This document shows, piece after piece, positions 11,885 to 26,503 of a DNA stretch of 64,000 nucleotides (within the stretch, counting starts at the first letter, position 1; each line of letters starts with the position of its first letter). The stretch spans positions 744,001-808,000 of the forward strand of contig CATNEN010000028.1 of NCBI GenBank assembly GCA_950097015.1. The letters run 5' to 3'. The position numbers and the translations under genes were made by a program. The stretch comes from Macrostomum hystrix. Lineage: Eukaryota; Animalia; Platyhelminthes. Under the pieces are notes generated by a model. That model ran no database searches. It saw only the letters and a program-made list of their open reading frames with translations, and had not been told where the DNA came from.

Positions 11885-12980
11885 GGTTAAGGATTATAGG
11901 AGACTTACCAGGTATGAAGGATTATCGGAGAGTTACCAGACATGAAGGATTATCGGACAGTTACCAGACATGAAGGATTATCGGAGAGTTACCAGGTATG
12001 AAGGATTATCGGAGAGTTACCAGGTATGAAGGATTATCGGAGAGTTACCAGGTATGAAGGATTATCGGAGAGTTACCAGACATGAAGGATTATCGGAGAG
12101 TTACCAGGTATGAAGGATTATCGGAGAGTTACCAGACATGAAGGATTATCGGAGAGTTACCTGGCATGAAGGATTATCGGAGAGTTACTAGGCATGAAGG
12201 ATTATCGGAGAGTTACCTGGCATGAAGGATTATCGGAGAGTTACCTGGCATGAAGGATTATCGGAGAGTTACCTGGCATGAAGGATTATCGGAGAGTTAC
12301 CTGGCATGAAGGATTATCGGAGAGTTACTAGGCATGAAGGATTATCGGAGAGTTACCTGGCATGAAGGATTATCGGAGAGTTACCAGGTATGAAGGATTA
12401 TCGGAGAGTTACCAGGTATGAAGGATTATCGGAGAGTTACCAGGTATGAAGGATTATCGGAGAGTTACCAGACATGAAGGATTATCGGAGAGTTACCAGA
12501 CATGAAGGATTATCGGAGAGTTACCTGGCATGAAGGATTATCGGAGAGTTACCTGGCATGAAGGATTATCGGAGAGTTACTAGGCATGAAGGATTATCGG
12601 AGAGTTACCAGACATGAAGGATTATCGGAGAGTTACCTGGCATGAAGGATTATCGGAGAGTTACCAGGTATGAAGGATTATCGGAGAGTTACCAGGTATG
12701 AAGGATTATCGGAGAGTTACCAGACATGAAGGATTATCGGAGAGTTACCTGGCATGAAGGATTATCAGAGAGTTACCAGGTATGAAGGATTATCGGAGAG
12801 TTACCAGGCATGAAGGATTATCAGAGAGTTAGCAGGTATGAAGGATTATCGGAGAGTTACCTGGCATGAAGGATTTTCGGAGAGTTACCTGGCATGAAGG
12901 ATTTTCGGAGAGTTACCTGGCATGAAGGATTATCAGAGAGTTACCAGGTATGAAGGATTATCGGAGAGTTACCTGGCATC
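11885..12980. repeat. 28-bp minisatellite (ATGAAGGATTATCGGAGAGTTACCAGGT), about 39 units
   Basis: Directly visible. Confidence 0.97.
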
Positions 12981-13871
12981 AAGAAGTATTACCAGGCGCT
13001 AGAATAAAGATCAAACAAGGCGTAAGACTCTACGTTAGGAATTAGTATTTTTGTAAACCATGTTAGCGAAACAAAAACAAAGATATTTACACAGCCGAAT
13101 AAAAAGCGAAATGCACAAGAGTCTTGCTATGCTTCGCGGCCCTTAGGCTTTATATGCGAATAGCTTCCGAAGCTGCTAATTGAACAGTCTCCAGCATCTC
13201 CTCTCCTCTCTCACTCTCGTCGAGTCTTCTTCTTCTGTGCCTTCTCTGCCGTCGAGTGTCACAGAGCGGAAGCAATCGAGCATAAACGACGGAGTGAGTT
13301 GGGTGGGCCAACAACTGCAAGCTCTCGGATGGAACTTGGAATGTTGATTGGTAGAACTGCTCAAAGCTTTAAAGCGGAGTGTGTTTCTGCTTTGCCCAAA
13401 TCGGACTTCTGAAGTCCAATGGGGTGGGTTGTGAAAAATAAAATCGACGCGCGAAATGCCTTAAGAAGTGGGCCGGTAACACGCTTGACTGGTTATTGAG
13501 GTGGGACGCCCCACTAACTCTCCAAACATCAACTGGCTACTTCTAGTGTTGTCGTTTCTCTTTCGCTTCAAATTTTTTGCTTTTTTCTCGGTTTGCCAAA
13601 GTAATGTCCACTAAACAATTTTGTTCCCATGTACTCGTATATATGTATCTCTAATAGAAATATACATTTATGCATGTCATAGGATGTTAGATGAATTGTA
13701 TATTTACTATGTCCGCATCACTAAGCAATCGGATATAAGAGGTAAAACAAGCAGAGGAAATCTTCGTGATCAACCGATTCGCGGGAAAATTTCGTTACAG
13801 CGGAGTCAAAACACAATCAACTTAATTTCTACTCATTTTCTTCTCACAAATTTTCTGCATCACAATATTAC

Positions 13872-14235
13872 ATTCTCTCGTTCTTTCTCTTTTTCTCTCC
13901 CTCTCTCTCCCTCTCTCTCGTTCTCTCTCTCGTTCTCTCTCGTTCTCTCTCTCGTTCTCTCTCTCGTTCTCTCTCTCGTTCTCTCGTTCTCTCTCTCGTT
14001 CTCTCTCTCGTTCTCTCTCTCGTTCTCTCGTTCTTTCTCTCGTTCTCTCTCGTTCTCTCTCTCGTTCTCTCTCTCGTTCTCTCTCGTTCTCTCTCTCGTT
14101 CTCTCTCGTTCTTTCTCTCGTTCTCTCTCGTTCTCTCTCTCGTTCTCTCTCTCGTTCTCTCTCGTTCTTTCTCTCGTTCTCTCTCGTTCTCTCTCGTTTT
14201 TCTCTCGTTCTCTGTTGTTCTCTCTCATTCTCTCA
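13872..14235. repeat. (CT)n/CGTT compound microsatellite
   Basis: Directly visible; explains the ER-rich and SL-rich ORFs. Confidence 0.95.
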
Positions 14236-15004
14236 TTCCTTCCAGTTGTCCCTCTCTCGCCCACCCTCTCATTGTCATCTATAAATTATTTTACTATTTA
14301 AATGTCGTAGAAAAAGTGTTAGAATAATACACCACTAAAAATCGGTGGTGCTATTGATGCGATGCAAAACTACATTTGTGAGGATCAATCAATGCCAATG
14401 AGACTGTCCTGTTTATCTACTGTAGGCTGGGTGTTCGAGGAAATTGGGACGGAACTATTCCACTACGGCTATGGGATAGAAGAAGGCAGCACCAGAAGAT
14501 CCCTGGGAGACCGTGCTCACACACAAAGTCCGGTAGTTCAGAAGTGCCAAAACTCTGGCCAGCGATTTCTCCTTTTGTGCCATCGATTTTCCGATAAAAT
14601 TCATATTTCGCCTTTTGGCCTCTTCAACTTACTCTCTTGCTTTTGCCTGGGGTAGCCTTAAACTCGACTAACATACCAGCTCCGCAGCCCTCCCGTCTCT
14701 CTCTGTCATTGACGAATCTGCGAACCACTTTTGAATGACTTTGACTTGTCTGTCGCCGACCGCGCCACGAACTGACGGCCGGGCATGCAAAAGCGCACTC
14801 GATTGAAAATATTTCTTCTCTTGTTATTTGCACTTTCGGCAATAGAAGTATGGTACTCTGGGTTTTCCTCAACGTGTCCCTGTCAATTTTTGGATAGCTC
14901 GTCCTTGTAATTCTATTTGTCACATTTTCTGCTGCCGTGTAGTCAACTTTAAGATGTACTTTTACATTCTGTACATGTGCGGCTAATAGTCAGACAGAAA
15001 TAGA

Positions 15005-15490
15005 TGGGGTTCAATTGATCAGAATATGGATTCAATTGATCAGAATATGGGTTCAATTGATCAGATTATGGATTCAATTGATCAGAATATGGATTCAATT
15101 GATCAGAATATGGGTTCAATTGATCAGATTATGGATTCAATTGATCAGATTATGAATTCAATTGATCAGAATATGGATTCAATTGATCAGAATATGGATT
15201 CAATTGATCAGATTATGAATTCAATTGATCAGAATATGGATTCAATTGATCAGAATATGGATTCAATTGATCAGATTATGGATTCAATTGATCAGAATAT
15301 GGATTCAATTGATCAGAATATGGATTCAATTGATCAGAATATGGATTCAATTGATCAGAATATGGATTCAATTGATCAGAATATGGATTCAATTGATCAG
15401 AATCAGGATTCAATTAATCAGAATCTGGATTCAGTTGATAAGAATCTGAATATAACTCATTAGAATCTGGATTCAATTGATATCAATCTG
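15005..15490. repeat. 21-bp minisatellite (GGATTCAATTGATCAGAATAT)
   Basis: Directly visible; translates as (MDSIDQN)n only because the unit length is a multiple of 3. Confidence 0.96.
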
Positions 15491-16244
15491 AATATAGCTC
15501 ATTAGAATCTGAATATAACTCATTAGAATCGTTATAATTTGTTAAACAGAGACCAACCCGGCGACCCCAGACGAAGAGTGATTGAGAGGGAGGACTCCTA
15601 GTTACCCACACGCCAATCCACCCTCTCAACAGGCTGACAACTCAAAGTGTTTAGCTCCGCCAGTGTTGGGAGGGCATTGCAGGGTTTCATCGGACCATTT
15701 CGGCAAGTCCTGAAATGCGTGCTTGTCCTTAAATCTGATTGTGAATTAGCTTTGAATAAGCAGACATAATTATATGCAAGTTTGGAAACAGTTTCTGCAC
15801 TAGCTGGTGCAGTCCTTATTCCAATAGATTTTTTTCTCTGTCCAGATTTCCTGCCGGGTCAACAGCGATTACCGAGTGAGTTGTGCTCAAACTCTGCCCT
15901 CAGTTTCTTCAGTCAGTGTGTTATCGCCTGGGGTGATTTTTCTTTCTAAACAGAGCGGCTTGAGAGAAGGGGATTGGGGTGGGGAGGCAACACTCGAATC
16001 CGCCCTGGGATTAATTTAATTGGCTTGGCTCAGTCATCGCCAACTGTCGGGGCGAGGTAGAGAGAAAGGGAACTCATTTAAAAATAAGCAACAAGTGGCG
16101 TGGTTCCTGCACTCACCAATTTCCACCGAATCTGCTTTTAATCTGCTTTCCTACCACTCGTAAGCTGGGCCAGCAGATCGATAAATGATTAGAGGAAACT
16201 TTTTTGAGCAGGCTCTAAAGAAAAAAACTGCTGGACTATGTTAA

Positions 16245-19228
16245 AGCTCTGACTGATAAACTGTGGAAACTTTGACTGATAAACTGTGGAAACTTTGACT
16301 GAAAAAATGTGGAAACTTTGACTGATAAACTGTGGAAACTTTGACTGATAAACTGTGGAAACTTTGACTGATAAACTGTGGAAACTTTGACTGATAAACT
16401 GTGGAAACTTTGACTGATAAACTGTGGAAACTTTGACTGATAAACTATGGAAACTTTGAATGATAAACTGTGGAACCTTTGACTGATAAACTGTGGAACT
16501 TTGACTGATAAACTGAGGAACTTTGACTGATAAACTGTGGAAACTTTGACTGATAAACTGTGGAACTTTGACTGATAAACTGTGGAAACTTTGACTGATA
16601 AACTGTGGAAACTTTGACTGATAAACTGTGGAAACTTTGAATGATAAACTGTGGAACTTTGACTGATAAACTGAGGAACTTTGACTGATAAACTGTGGAA
16701 CTTTGACTGATAAACTGAGGAACCTTTGACTGATAAACTGTGGAAACTTTGACTGATAAACTGTGGAAACTTTGAATGATAAACTGTGGAACTTTGACTG
16801 ATAAACTGTGGAACTTTGACTGATAAACTGAGGAACCTTTGACTGATAAACTGTGGAACTTTGACTGATAAACTGAGGAACCTTTGACTGATAAACTGAG
16901 GAACTTTGACTAATAAACTGTGAAAACTTTGACTGATAAACTGTGGAAACTTTGACTGATAAACTGAGGAACTTTGACTGATAAACTGTGGAACTTTGAC
17001 TGATAAACTGAGGAACGTTTGACTGATAAACTGTGGAACTTTGACTGATAAACTGAGGAACCTTTGACTGATAAACTGAGGAACTTTGACTGATAAACTG
17101 AGGAACCGTTGACTGATAAACTGTGGAACTTTGACTGATAAACTGAGGAACTTTGACTGATAAACTGTGGAAACTTTGACTGATAAACTGTGGAACTTTG
17201 ACTGATAAACTGAGGAACTTTGACTGACAAACTGTGGAAACTTTGACTGATAAACAGTGGAAACTTTAACTGATAAACTGTGAAAACTTTGACTGATAAA
17301 CTGTGAAAACTTTGACTGATAAACTGTGGAAACTTTGACTGATAAACTGTGGAACTTTGACTGATAAGCTGAGGAACCTTTGACTGATAAACTGTGGAAC
17401 TTTGACTGATAAACTGTGAAAACTTTGACTGATAAACTGTGAAAACTTTGACTGATAAACTGTGGAAACTTTGACTGATAAACTGTGGAACTTTGACTGA
17501 TAAGCTGAGGAACCTTTGACTGATAAACTGTGGAACTTTGACTGATGAACTGAGGAACTTTGACTGATAAACTGTGAAAACTTTGACTGATGAACTGTGG
17601 AACTTTGACTGATAAACTGTGGAAACTTTGACTGATAAACTGTGGAACTTTGACTGATAAACTGTGAAAACTTTGACTGATAAACTGTGAAAACTTTGAC
17701 TGATAAACTGTGGAAACTTTGACTGATAAACTGTGGAACTTTGACTGATAAGCTGAGGAACCTTTGACTGATAAACTCTGGAACTTTGACTGATGAACTG
17801 TGGAACTTTGACTGATAAACTGTGGAACTTTGACTGATAAACTGTGAAAACTTTGACTGATAAACTGTGAAAACTTTGACTGATGAACTGTGGAAACTTT
17901 GACTGATAAACTGTGGAACTTTGACTGATAAGCTGAGGAACCTTGACTGATAAACTCTGGAACTTTGACTGATGAACTGAGGAACCTTTGACTGATAAAC
18001 TGTGGAACTTTGACTGATAAACTGTGGAACTTTGACTGATAAACTGTGGAACTTTGACTGATAAACTGTGGAACTTTGACTGATAAACTGTGGAACTTTG
18101 ACTGATAAACTGTGGAACTTTGACTGATAAACTGTGAAAACTTTGACTGATAAACTGTGAAAACTTTGACTGATAAACTGTGGAAACTTTGACTGATAAA
18201 CTGTGGAACTTTGACTGATAAGCTGAGGAACCTTTGACTGATAAACTCTGGAACTTTGACTGATGAACTGTGGAACTTTGACTGATAAACTGTGGAACTT
18301 TGACTGATAAACTGTGAAAACTTTGACTGATAAACTGTGAAACTTTGACTGATAAACTGTGGAAACTTTGACTGATAAACTGTGGAACTTTGACTGATAA
18401 GCTGAGGAACCTTTGACTGATAAACTGTGAAAACTTTGACTGATAAACTGTGGAACTTTGACTGATAAGCTGAGGAACCTTTGACTGATAAACTCTGGAA
18501 CTTTGACTGATGAACTGAGGAACCTTTGACTGATAAACTGTGGAACTTTGACTGATAAACTGTGGAACTTTGACTGATAAACTGTGGAACTTTGACTGAT
18601 AAACTGTGGAACTTTGACTGATAAACTGTGGAACTTTGACTGATAAACTGTGGAACTTTGACTGATAAACTGTGAAAACTTTGACTGATAAACTGTGAAA
18701 ACTTTGACTGATAAACTGTGGAAACTTTGACTGATAAACTGTGGAACTTTGACTGATAAACTGTGGAACTTTGACTGATAAACTGTGGAACCTTGACTGA
18801 TGAACTGTGGAACTTTGACTGATGAACTGTGGAACTTTGACTGATGAACTCTGGAACTTTGACTGATGAACTGTGGAACTTTGACTGATGAACTGTGGAA
18901 CTTTGACTGATGAACTGTGGAAACTTTGACTGATGAACTGTGGAACTTTGACTGATGAACTGTGGAACTTTGACTGATGAACTGTGGAACTTTGACTGAT
19001 AAACTGTGGAACTTTGACTGATGAACTGTGGAACTTTGACTGATGAACTGTGGAACTTTGACTGATGAACTGTGGAACTTTGACTGATAAACTGTGCAAC
19101 TTTGACTGATGAACTGTGGAATTTTGACTGATAAACTCTGGAACTTTGACTGATAAACTGTGCAACTTTGACTGATGAACTGTGGAACTTTGACTGATGA
19201 ACTGTGGAACTTTGACTGATAAACTGTA
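16245..19228. repeat. 21/22-bp minisatellite (ACTTTGACTGATAAACTGTGGA[A]), about 3 kb
   Basis: Directly visible; internal higher-order duplication of roughly 540 bp around 17900-18700. Confidence 0.97.
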
Positions 19229-20281
19229 GTACGAAGAGGAGTCTCTTGCTGATATTATAAATGAAACAAAAAAAAATTAAAAGGCTTTCCACGGCCAAAC
19301 ATTTAGGGAAAAGCCTGAAGTGAAATCAAAGAAGCGAAGGAATCTTATAGCTACAAGTGACGCGCAGGACAACACACAGATGGACAGAAGGAGAGAGAAA
19401 AGTTGAAAATGTTTTGAACCAAATGCAACTTGACAGGTTAGCGGGTTTTGTGTTCAGGTAAACAGGCTGACACATGCACACACACACATCTGCTAGCGTG
19501 TATTTGGGTTGGACCCTGTGTGACTGGCACACTCAGCAGCGGGGGGTTGGGACTTCAGCCATAGACAAAAGATTGCGTGCGCTTTTAAGTCGACAGATTC
19601 TGGCATGGAAACATCTTTGCAGCCATTGGTAGGTAATTCCTTTTGAGGCTAACTCTGCGGATAGAAGTCAGGAAGCAAAGCTGAAGAAAAGGATGGCTTG
19701 CGTGTTGCCATAGTCTGGCTGTCACACAATAGCCCCATGGAGACAGAACCAACTCCATCCATTGGGTTTCAAGGCTGACAGAATTGCAACACTTCCGAGA
19801 GATGGGTCTCTGGCGCGAGATTTCTTAGAAACAGACTCAGAACCAGAGCACAGTTGAGCTAGTCTAAATCATCTTACTTAATTCTTCAGGTTTTTTATTT
19901 TATTAATTATCAACATTTTAACGCGGCGCCTGCAGCCCTCCTGTCCACGGACTGTGCCAATTTATCATTGTGTCCAAAAATACAATTCCTTTCAAAGCCT
20001 TTAACGTAATTTCCCATTTTTTAGTAGAGAATTCTGATGGTGCGGACTTTAGCGTCTGCTGTCAATGCTTTGTTTTTCCCCAGCCCCCTCAGTGTCTGCT
20101 CCTCATGTCTCCCAATCTATCCCCGCATTTAATCCTCAGCTCCTCTTTAAAAAATTCCCCGCGCAAGAGTTATCCCCCCATTCCTTGATCCCAGTTTTCT
20201 GCGCTACTATATGAAGGCTCCTGTCCTGTCAATGTCAATTGTCAGGACATCCCCGTAGATGTGGATACAGAAAATGCACAC

Positions 20282-20313
<32 letters not shown>

Positions 20314-20757
20314 AAGCTGAGGGTGGACTGTCAAGGTCATACGAGGCCGATACGAGCTATCAAGGCTGCACTGCTGAGGCGCGAAAGTGGTTGGCATTTG
20401 TTCTAGTGAGAGCTGTTTACCCAATCCACAGCAATACAATATATATGGGCTGGGTGGGTGCTATCATAGGCGGGCGTTCACGCCATCGCGACAAGTAAAA
20501 TTCGTAGAAGGAGTTCAACCGTACGGATGAAAAAGCGACCGCCAAAGATTGATCCCGATCCCATCAATTAGGGCGCTCCCTAAGGTCGTTAGAAAGCACA
20601 TCAAAAGACAGAGAATTATATAAAATGCAATTTTTGTGCATTAAAAAGATTAAAAAGAGACTTTAAAATATGCAGTCGGAATTGGTAAATATGGAATAAC
20701 AGGTGTTTGAGGTGGGCAATCAGAATTTGAAAAAATTATTTTAATCTACAAATAGTA

Positions 20758-21870
20758 AACCAGAATCAGGATCTAGGTAATCAGAATCAGGATCTAGGTA
20801 ATCAGAATCAAGATCTATGTAATCAGAATCAGGATCTAGGTAATCATAATCAGGATTACAGCAATCAGAATCAGGATCTAGGTAATCATAATCAGGATCT
20901 AGGTAATCATAATCAGGATCTAGGTAATCATAATCAGGATTACAGCAATCAGAATCAGGATCTAGGTAATCAGAATCAGGATCTAGGTAATCATAATCAG
21001 GATCTAGGTAATCATAATCAGGATTACAGCAATCAGAATCAGGATCTAGGTAATCAGAATCAAGATCTATGTAATCAGAATCAGGATCTAGGTAATCATA
21101 ATCAGGATTACAGCAATCAGAATCAGGATCTAGGTAATCAGAATCAAGATCTATGTAATCAGAATCAGGATCTAGGTAATCATAATCAGGATTACAGCAA
21201 TCAGAATCAGGATCTAGGTAATCAGAATCAAGATCTATGTAATCAGAATCAGGATCTAGGTAATCATAATCAGGATTACAGCAATCAGAATCAGGATCTA
21301 GGTAATCATAATCAGGATCTAGGTAATCATAATCAGGATCTAGGTAATCATAATCAGGATTACAGCAATCAGAATCAGGATCTAGGTAATCAGAATCAAG
21401 ATCTATGTAATCAGAATCAGGATCTAGGTAATCATAATCAGGATTACAGCAATCAGAATCAGGATCTAGGTAACCATAATCAGGATCTAGGTAATCATAA
21501 TCAGGATCTAGGTAACCATAATCAGGATCTAGGTAATCAGAATCAGGATCTAGGTAATCATAATCAGGATTACAGCAATCAGAATCAGGATCTAGGTAAT
21601 CAGAATCAAGATCTATGTAATCAGAATCAGGATCTAGGTAATCATAATCAGGATTACAGCAATCAGAATCAGGATCTAGGTAATCATAATCAGGATCTAG
21701 GTAATCAGAATCAGGATCTAGGTAATCAGAATCAGGATCTAGGTAATCAGGATCAGGATCTAGGTAATCAGGATCAGGATCTAGGTAATCGGGATCAGGA
21801 TTACAGTAATCTGGATCAGGATTACAGTAATCTGGATAAGGATCTAGGTAATCAGGATCAGGATTTTAGG
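20758..21870. repeat. 21-bp minisatellite (AATCAGAATCAGGATCTAGGT) with an 84-bp four-unit higher-order period
   Basis: The variant TTACAGC recurs at 21024 and 21108 (84 bp apart) and onward. Confidence 0.96.
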
Positions 21871-22299
21871 TTCGCAGAATCCAAAAGGAGTGACAATAAT
21901 TAGAATGCGGATGTAGGTAAATCATAATTGACATTCTAGTAATAGGAATCTAGCTTTTTTACAAAGAAAATGTCAGCATAACCAAAAGTTGCCCAGCGCT
22001 CCCTTGGTTCTGAAATTTAGCCGACCGGCAGTTGCAGATTGTAAACCCGACTGTAAGGCTTTCATTTTCTTGCCTCGGCCAGAAACAAAAATGTAGCAAC
22101 TGCTCGGTGTAAATTTTAATTCGACCACTTTCTCTGCTTCCCCAAGCATTGGTATGGGGATAATCTTCCCTTCACTGATAATCCCTTCCTAGTCTTGTCC
22201 CATCCGTGCTTTGCGTCGCTTTAAAAAAATTGAATTGGTGACCGGAAAAGTCCTCAACCTGGGAGTCACTAGAAGTGAAGCAAGATATTCTATCCCTTC

Positions 22300-23325
22300 T
22301 CTACCCCATCCTCCCAGCTTCTCTTCCCCATCCCTCCAGTTTCTCTTGCCCATCCCTCCAGTTTCTCTTCAACACCCCTCCAGCTTCTCTCCCCATCCTT
22401 TCAGCTTCTCTCTCCATCCTTCCAGCTTCGCTTCCCCATCCCTCCAGCTTCGCTTCCCCATCCCTCCAGCTTCTCTTCCCCATCCCTCCAGCTTCTCTTC
22501 CCATCCCTCCAGCTTCTCTTCCCCATCCCTCCAGCTTCTCTCCCCATCCATTCAGTTTCTCTTCCCCATCCCTCCAGCTTCTCTTCCCCATCCCTCCAGC
22601 TTCTCTTGCCCATCCCTCCAGTTTCTCTTCCCCATCCCTCCAGTTTCCCTCCCCATCCCTCCAGTTTCCCTCCCCATCCCTCCAGTTTCTCTTCCCCATC
22701 CCTCCAGTTTCTCTCCCCATCCCTCCAGTTTCTCTCCCCATCCCTCCAGCTTCTCTTCCCCATCCCTCCAGTTTCTCTCCCCATCCCTCCAGTTTCTCTT
22801 CCCCATCCCTCCAGTTTCCCTCCCCATCCCTCCAGTTTCCCTCCCCATCCCTCCAGTTTCTCTTCCTCATCCCTCCAGTTTCTCTTCCCCATCCCTCCAG
22901 TTTCCCTCCCCATCCCTCCAGTTTCCCTCCCCATCCCTCCAGTTTCTCTTCCCCATCCCTCCAGTTTCTCTTCCTCATCCCTCCAGTTTCTCTTCCCCAT
23001 CCCTCCAGTTTCTCTTCCCCATCCCTCCAGTTTCTCTTCCCCATCCCTCCAGTTTCTCTTCCCCATCCCTCCAGCTTCTCTTCCCCATCCCTCCAGCTTC
23101 TCTTGCCCATCCCTCCAGTTTCTCTTGCCCATCCCTCCAGTTTCTCTTCCCCATCCCTCCAGCTTCTCTTCCCCATCCCTCCAGCTTCTCTTGCCCATCC
23201 CTCCAGTTTCTCTTCCCCATCCCTCCAGTTTCTCTTCCCCATCCCTCCAGTTTCTCTTCCTCATCCCTCCAGTTTCTCTTCCCCATCCCTCCAGTTTCTC
23301 TTCCCCATCCCTCCAGTTTCTCTCC
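22300..23325. repeat. 22-bp pyrimidine-rich minisatellite (CCCCATCCCTCCAGTTTCTCTT)
   Basis: Directly visible; source of the overlapping ORFs at 22211-23392. Confidence 0.97.
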
Positions 23326-24913
23326 CTTAACATTACGCCAATATATTAATAGCTTACATATTTTTCTATTTGTAGCTTCCTCTAAGGCCTGAATTATCCC
23401 CCATCCACAAAGCCATCTCGGCGGTTTCCAACAAACAGACGCGGGGTGTCAGTTAATCGCCTAAGTTTCGTTAATCCGCGCCGCAATCTAATACGAGCAA
23501 TTCTGCTCGAGCTAAGGGGGCTAGTGTTCAACGCATTCTGCTGACAATGAGCTCATTTTTCATTCAAACTTGTAATAGGACAAGCTAGAGCTGCTTCAGA
23601 ACTTTCCGATGGCCTTTCTAGTTTTCTTGACATTGCATGGAATGAATAAGTGTTTTATTTTTACACAATAGTAGCGAGGATTATCGGATGTTTAATTCAC
23701 AATGTTACTGGATTTATATAGTTTAGTGTATAAAGATTAGCCTCTGAAACTAACGAAAAAAATAAAAAAATTAACGGAAGTCTAAGAGTTAGGTCTCTTA
23801 AACAAATAGTGAACGGATTAAGTTAACGGACTAAATATTAACGGAAGTTCAAGAGATTAGTAACAAAGTTAACGGGAGTCTTAAAGTTCGGTTAACGAGA
23901 CTTTGGTTTCAAAGTCTTCCATTCCCAGAAATAGCTAACAAACACAGGTAATTAATGTTTCTTTTAGACAGATCTGGGCTTACCTTTGCTTCATCCCACC
24001 CCTGCAATCCTCCATTTTCCATGTTTCCAAGATTCTCCTAATTTCCTAACGACATGTAGTGTGGAAACTCCTTAGCAACCAACAAAAGCAATCAATAAAA
24101 AGCCTCCAACAAAACACGATTACATTATTTATAGTACACTTGCAACTGAATTAACAGGTTGTTGAAGGAATGTAAGACAGCTATAGCTGTGTTATTGTTG
24201 AATAGCAGTCAGATCTGTACAGCTTGACTCCCATGGAAGGCCTCCTGTACAGAGCCTGCCTCAGAGTGATTATTCGGCCTGGGCTGCCATCCCTCTCTCG
24301 CGGTCTTCTGTTAGATAGAAAGAGAAAGCATTTTCAGGTAACTGGTTATTCGGATGCGGGATTGGTCAAATTAGGGAGGTTGGGAAATAGGTGCGAAAAA
24401 TACGAAATACGGCGAGTTGAAGAAACAAGGCAGCTGGTTTGAAAGAGCGGCTATTGCTGACCGCTAGGGCCTGTGGGATAAGTTATCCTCACGCAGCAGA
24501 CACCTGATTGACAACAAGACAAAACTGAGGCCTAGCCTAGCCTCCCCAGGTATCTCTAAACAGCTATGCGTATTTTTTCTTTCCCCACTACATCTGTTTA
24601 GCCACTGCAGTCCGACCTACGCTGTTTTTCCTAACTTTTGGTATTTTTGAGGATTTAGGCTGTGGATCAAGCCAGGTAACGCTAGTCGGCGTCAGTGTCA
24701 AAACTTTGACACAAAACTGCGGGTGGTTGACAGGGACTGATGAAACGGGGTGCATTGTACAAGCTCCCTGACACGAAATGAAGTTAGCCGCGGGTGTGTT
24801 TTAGTGATATTTTTATGATTGATGACCATGCGTATTTAAGATGACTTTTCCAGAGTCAAGGTAAACACTTTTTACCAGCTTGGATTTAGGCTGTTATGCC
24901 GAACTTTCTAATC

Positions 24914-25112
24914 GGCGATTCTGACCATTTTGCTGACTCCTGAGTACACACGTACACAGATACCGTGCTAAGATACAAACTCTCATTGTGTCATGGGGGT
25001 TCGCCCTTAAGTATGCAAGTTGCACAACTAGCCCCTAAGCCTACGATCAAGTTAATGGGACCTAGCTGCGGATCAAGGTCCTTAATTGTTGCGAGAGGCG
25101 AACGCGTTAACC
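24914..25112 (-). mobile_element. Diverged copy E of the tRNA-derived SINE, lacking the central hairpin
   Basis: The reverse complement shows the head GCGGAGCGGTTAACGCGTTCGCCTCTCGCA and the tail GTATCTGTGTACGTGTGTACTCAGGAGTCAGC shared with the other copies. Confidence 0.6.
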
Positions 25113-26503
25113 GCTCCGCGATGTAAATCGGGAAATAAATTGTGCAAAAAGATGAAAAATGGCACTAAATAGGAGCAGCACATTCACAATTTATAAGCAA
25201 CTAACAAGGTGGCAGCTACCAGAATCCTGGTCGACAGCTTAAAGAGATTACTGAAAAAGCTTAAACATTTTTTCCTTTGTCGACCCAACCTTGCTTTGCC
25301 TTTTATTTCTGTTGGCTGCACGCAAGCCCCACCACCTCATGGTCAGCAAAACTTATTATTAATTTAGCAGCCACACGCCAAGAAGGGTCAGAGGAGGCTT
25401 AAAGAAGAGAGAAGAAATGACAAATTGCATTGCACCATACTGTGGTCGAAATTTGTAGATAATGCGGCAGAATGGAAGTGAGAGAATTTCATTGAAGTCG
25501 ACTTGCTTAAATTTTGCCCCTGGGGTTGGGGCAAAAAAGAGAATGAAAGAAAATGAGCGACTGAGACTGAGTAAAGAAAAAAAGGAAAGGGGTAGGCAAA
25601 GCGAACTGGTGATTAATAATCAATGCATTCGGCACTCGTTAAGGCCCAGGGGCTGCGCGTGGCTCAGGGATGAGACACGGAATGGAAAGGAGGGATTTGG
25701 TTGGGCCGAATGCTGGCGAGTTTCGAGTCCAGCCAAGCGGAGACTGCGGCGACTGTCCTAAAAATACAGGCGCCGAGTTGTTTGCTTGCAGCGGCGAGCG
25801 GTGCAGGAAGACTAAAGCCCAATCTCGTTGAAAATAGAACATGCAAAGTATCGGGCTTAAGCGAAAAAAAGTTTTTGAATGTACAGCTTTAGTAAGACTT
25901 TGCGAGGCTCTTTGTCTATTTAAAGCTAACTTTTACGAGTACAAATTATTTTGCTTGTAGACGATATCCAACTATGAAACTTATCAAGGGGCAATTTTTG
26001 CTAGTCTAGTATACTAAAACCCGCGGACTAGTCTTTCGGGTTGGGAATAGTCTTATTATTATTCCCAATTGAGCATTGCTATACTTTTGATGGCGTTTTT
26101 TATTCACTAAATTAATATTTTATGTATATAATCTTTAAGCATGTTAGGGCTTTCATAACTACTCTAGCATGCAAACAACTGCGGACAAGTCCTTTCGCTG
26201 TATTTGGATAGATATATAATTTTCAAAATAACGCAGCAACGTATATTTTATTATTTAGAGATTTAAAAAAGTCTTCCACATCATGTCATTCCCCAACTAT
26301 GACATAATAATTATTGGGTAGTTCAGCAAGTCTGTTATACCAAAACAGCCATAGATATTGAGTCATTCGGCAGTGAATGGTTCGATTGTGAAATACAGGA
26401 GAAGGCACATTTGACTGAAATTAAAAAATCGATTCTCTTCGATTGCCGAATCGTTAGATCATTTTTCTTTTGGGCCCAATTTGTGCTTTTGAGCTGTAAC
26501 AGA

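Noticed and set aside
13185-13300. Exon-like segment bounded by AACAG and GTGAGT
   Set aside because: No frame gives a recognisable or uniquely supported product; it could be a UTR exon or chance.
16236-19298. 1020-aa and 751-aa ORFs
   Set aside because: The minus-strand repeat unit has no stop codon in any frame, so the ORFs are by-products of the 21/22-bp array.
20259-20498. 79-aa ORF with a poly-Ala/Asp tract
   Set aside because: Short, centred on a CTG/GAT microsatellite, with no recognisable motif or exon partners.
24695-24800. Short palindrome GTGTCAAA-AC-TTTGACAC and a nearby CTGATGA...GAAA
   Set aside because: The palindrome is isolated, and the hammerhead stem II closing pair is A-C with no flanking stems.
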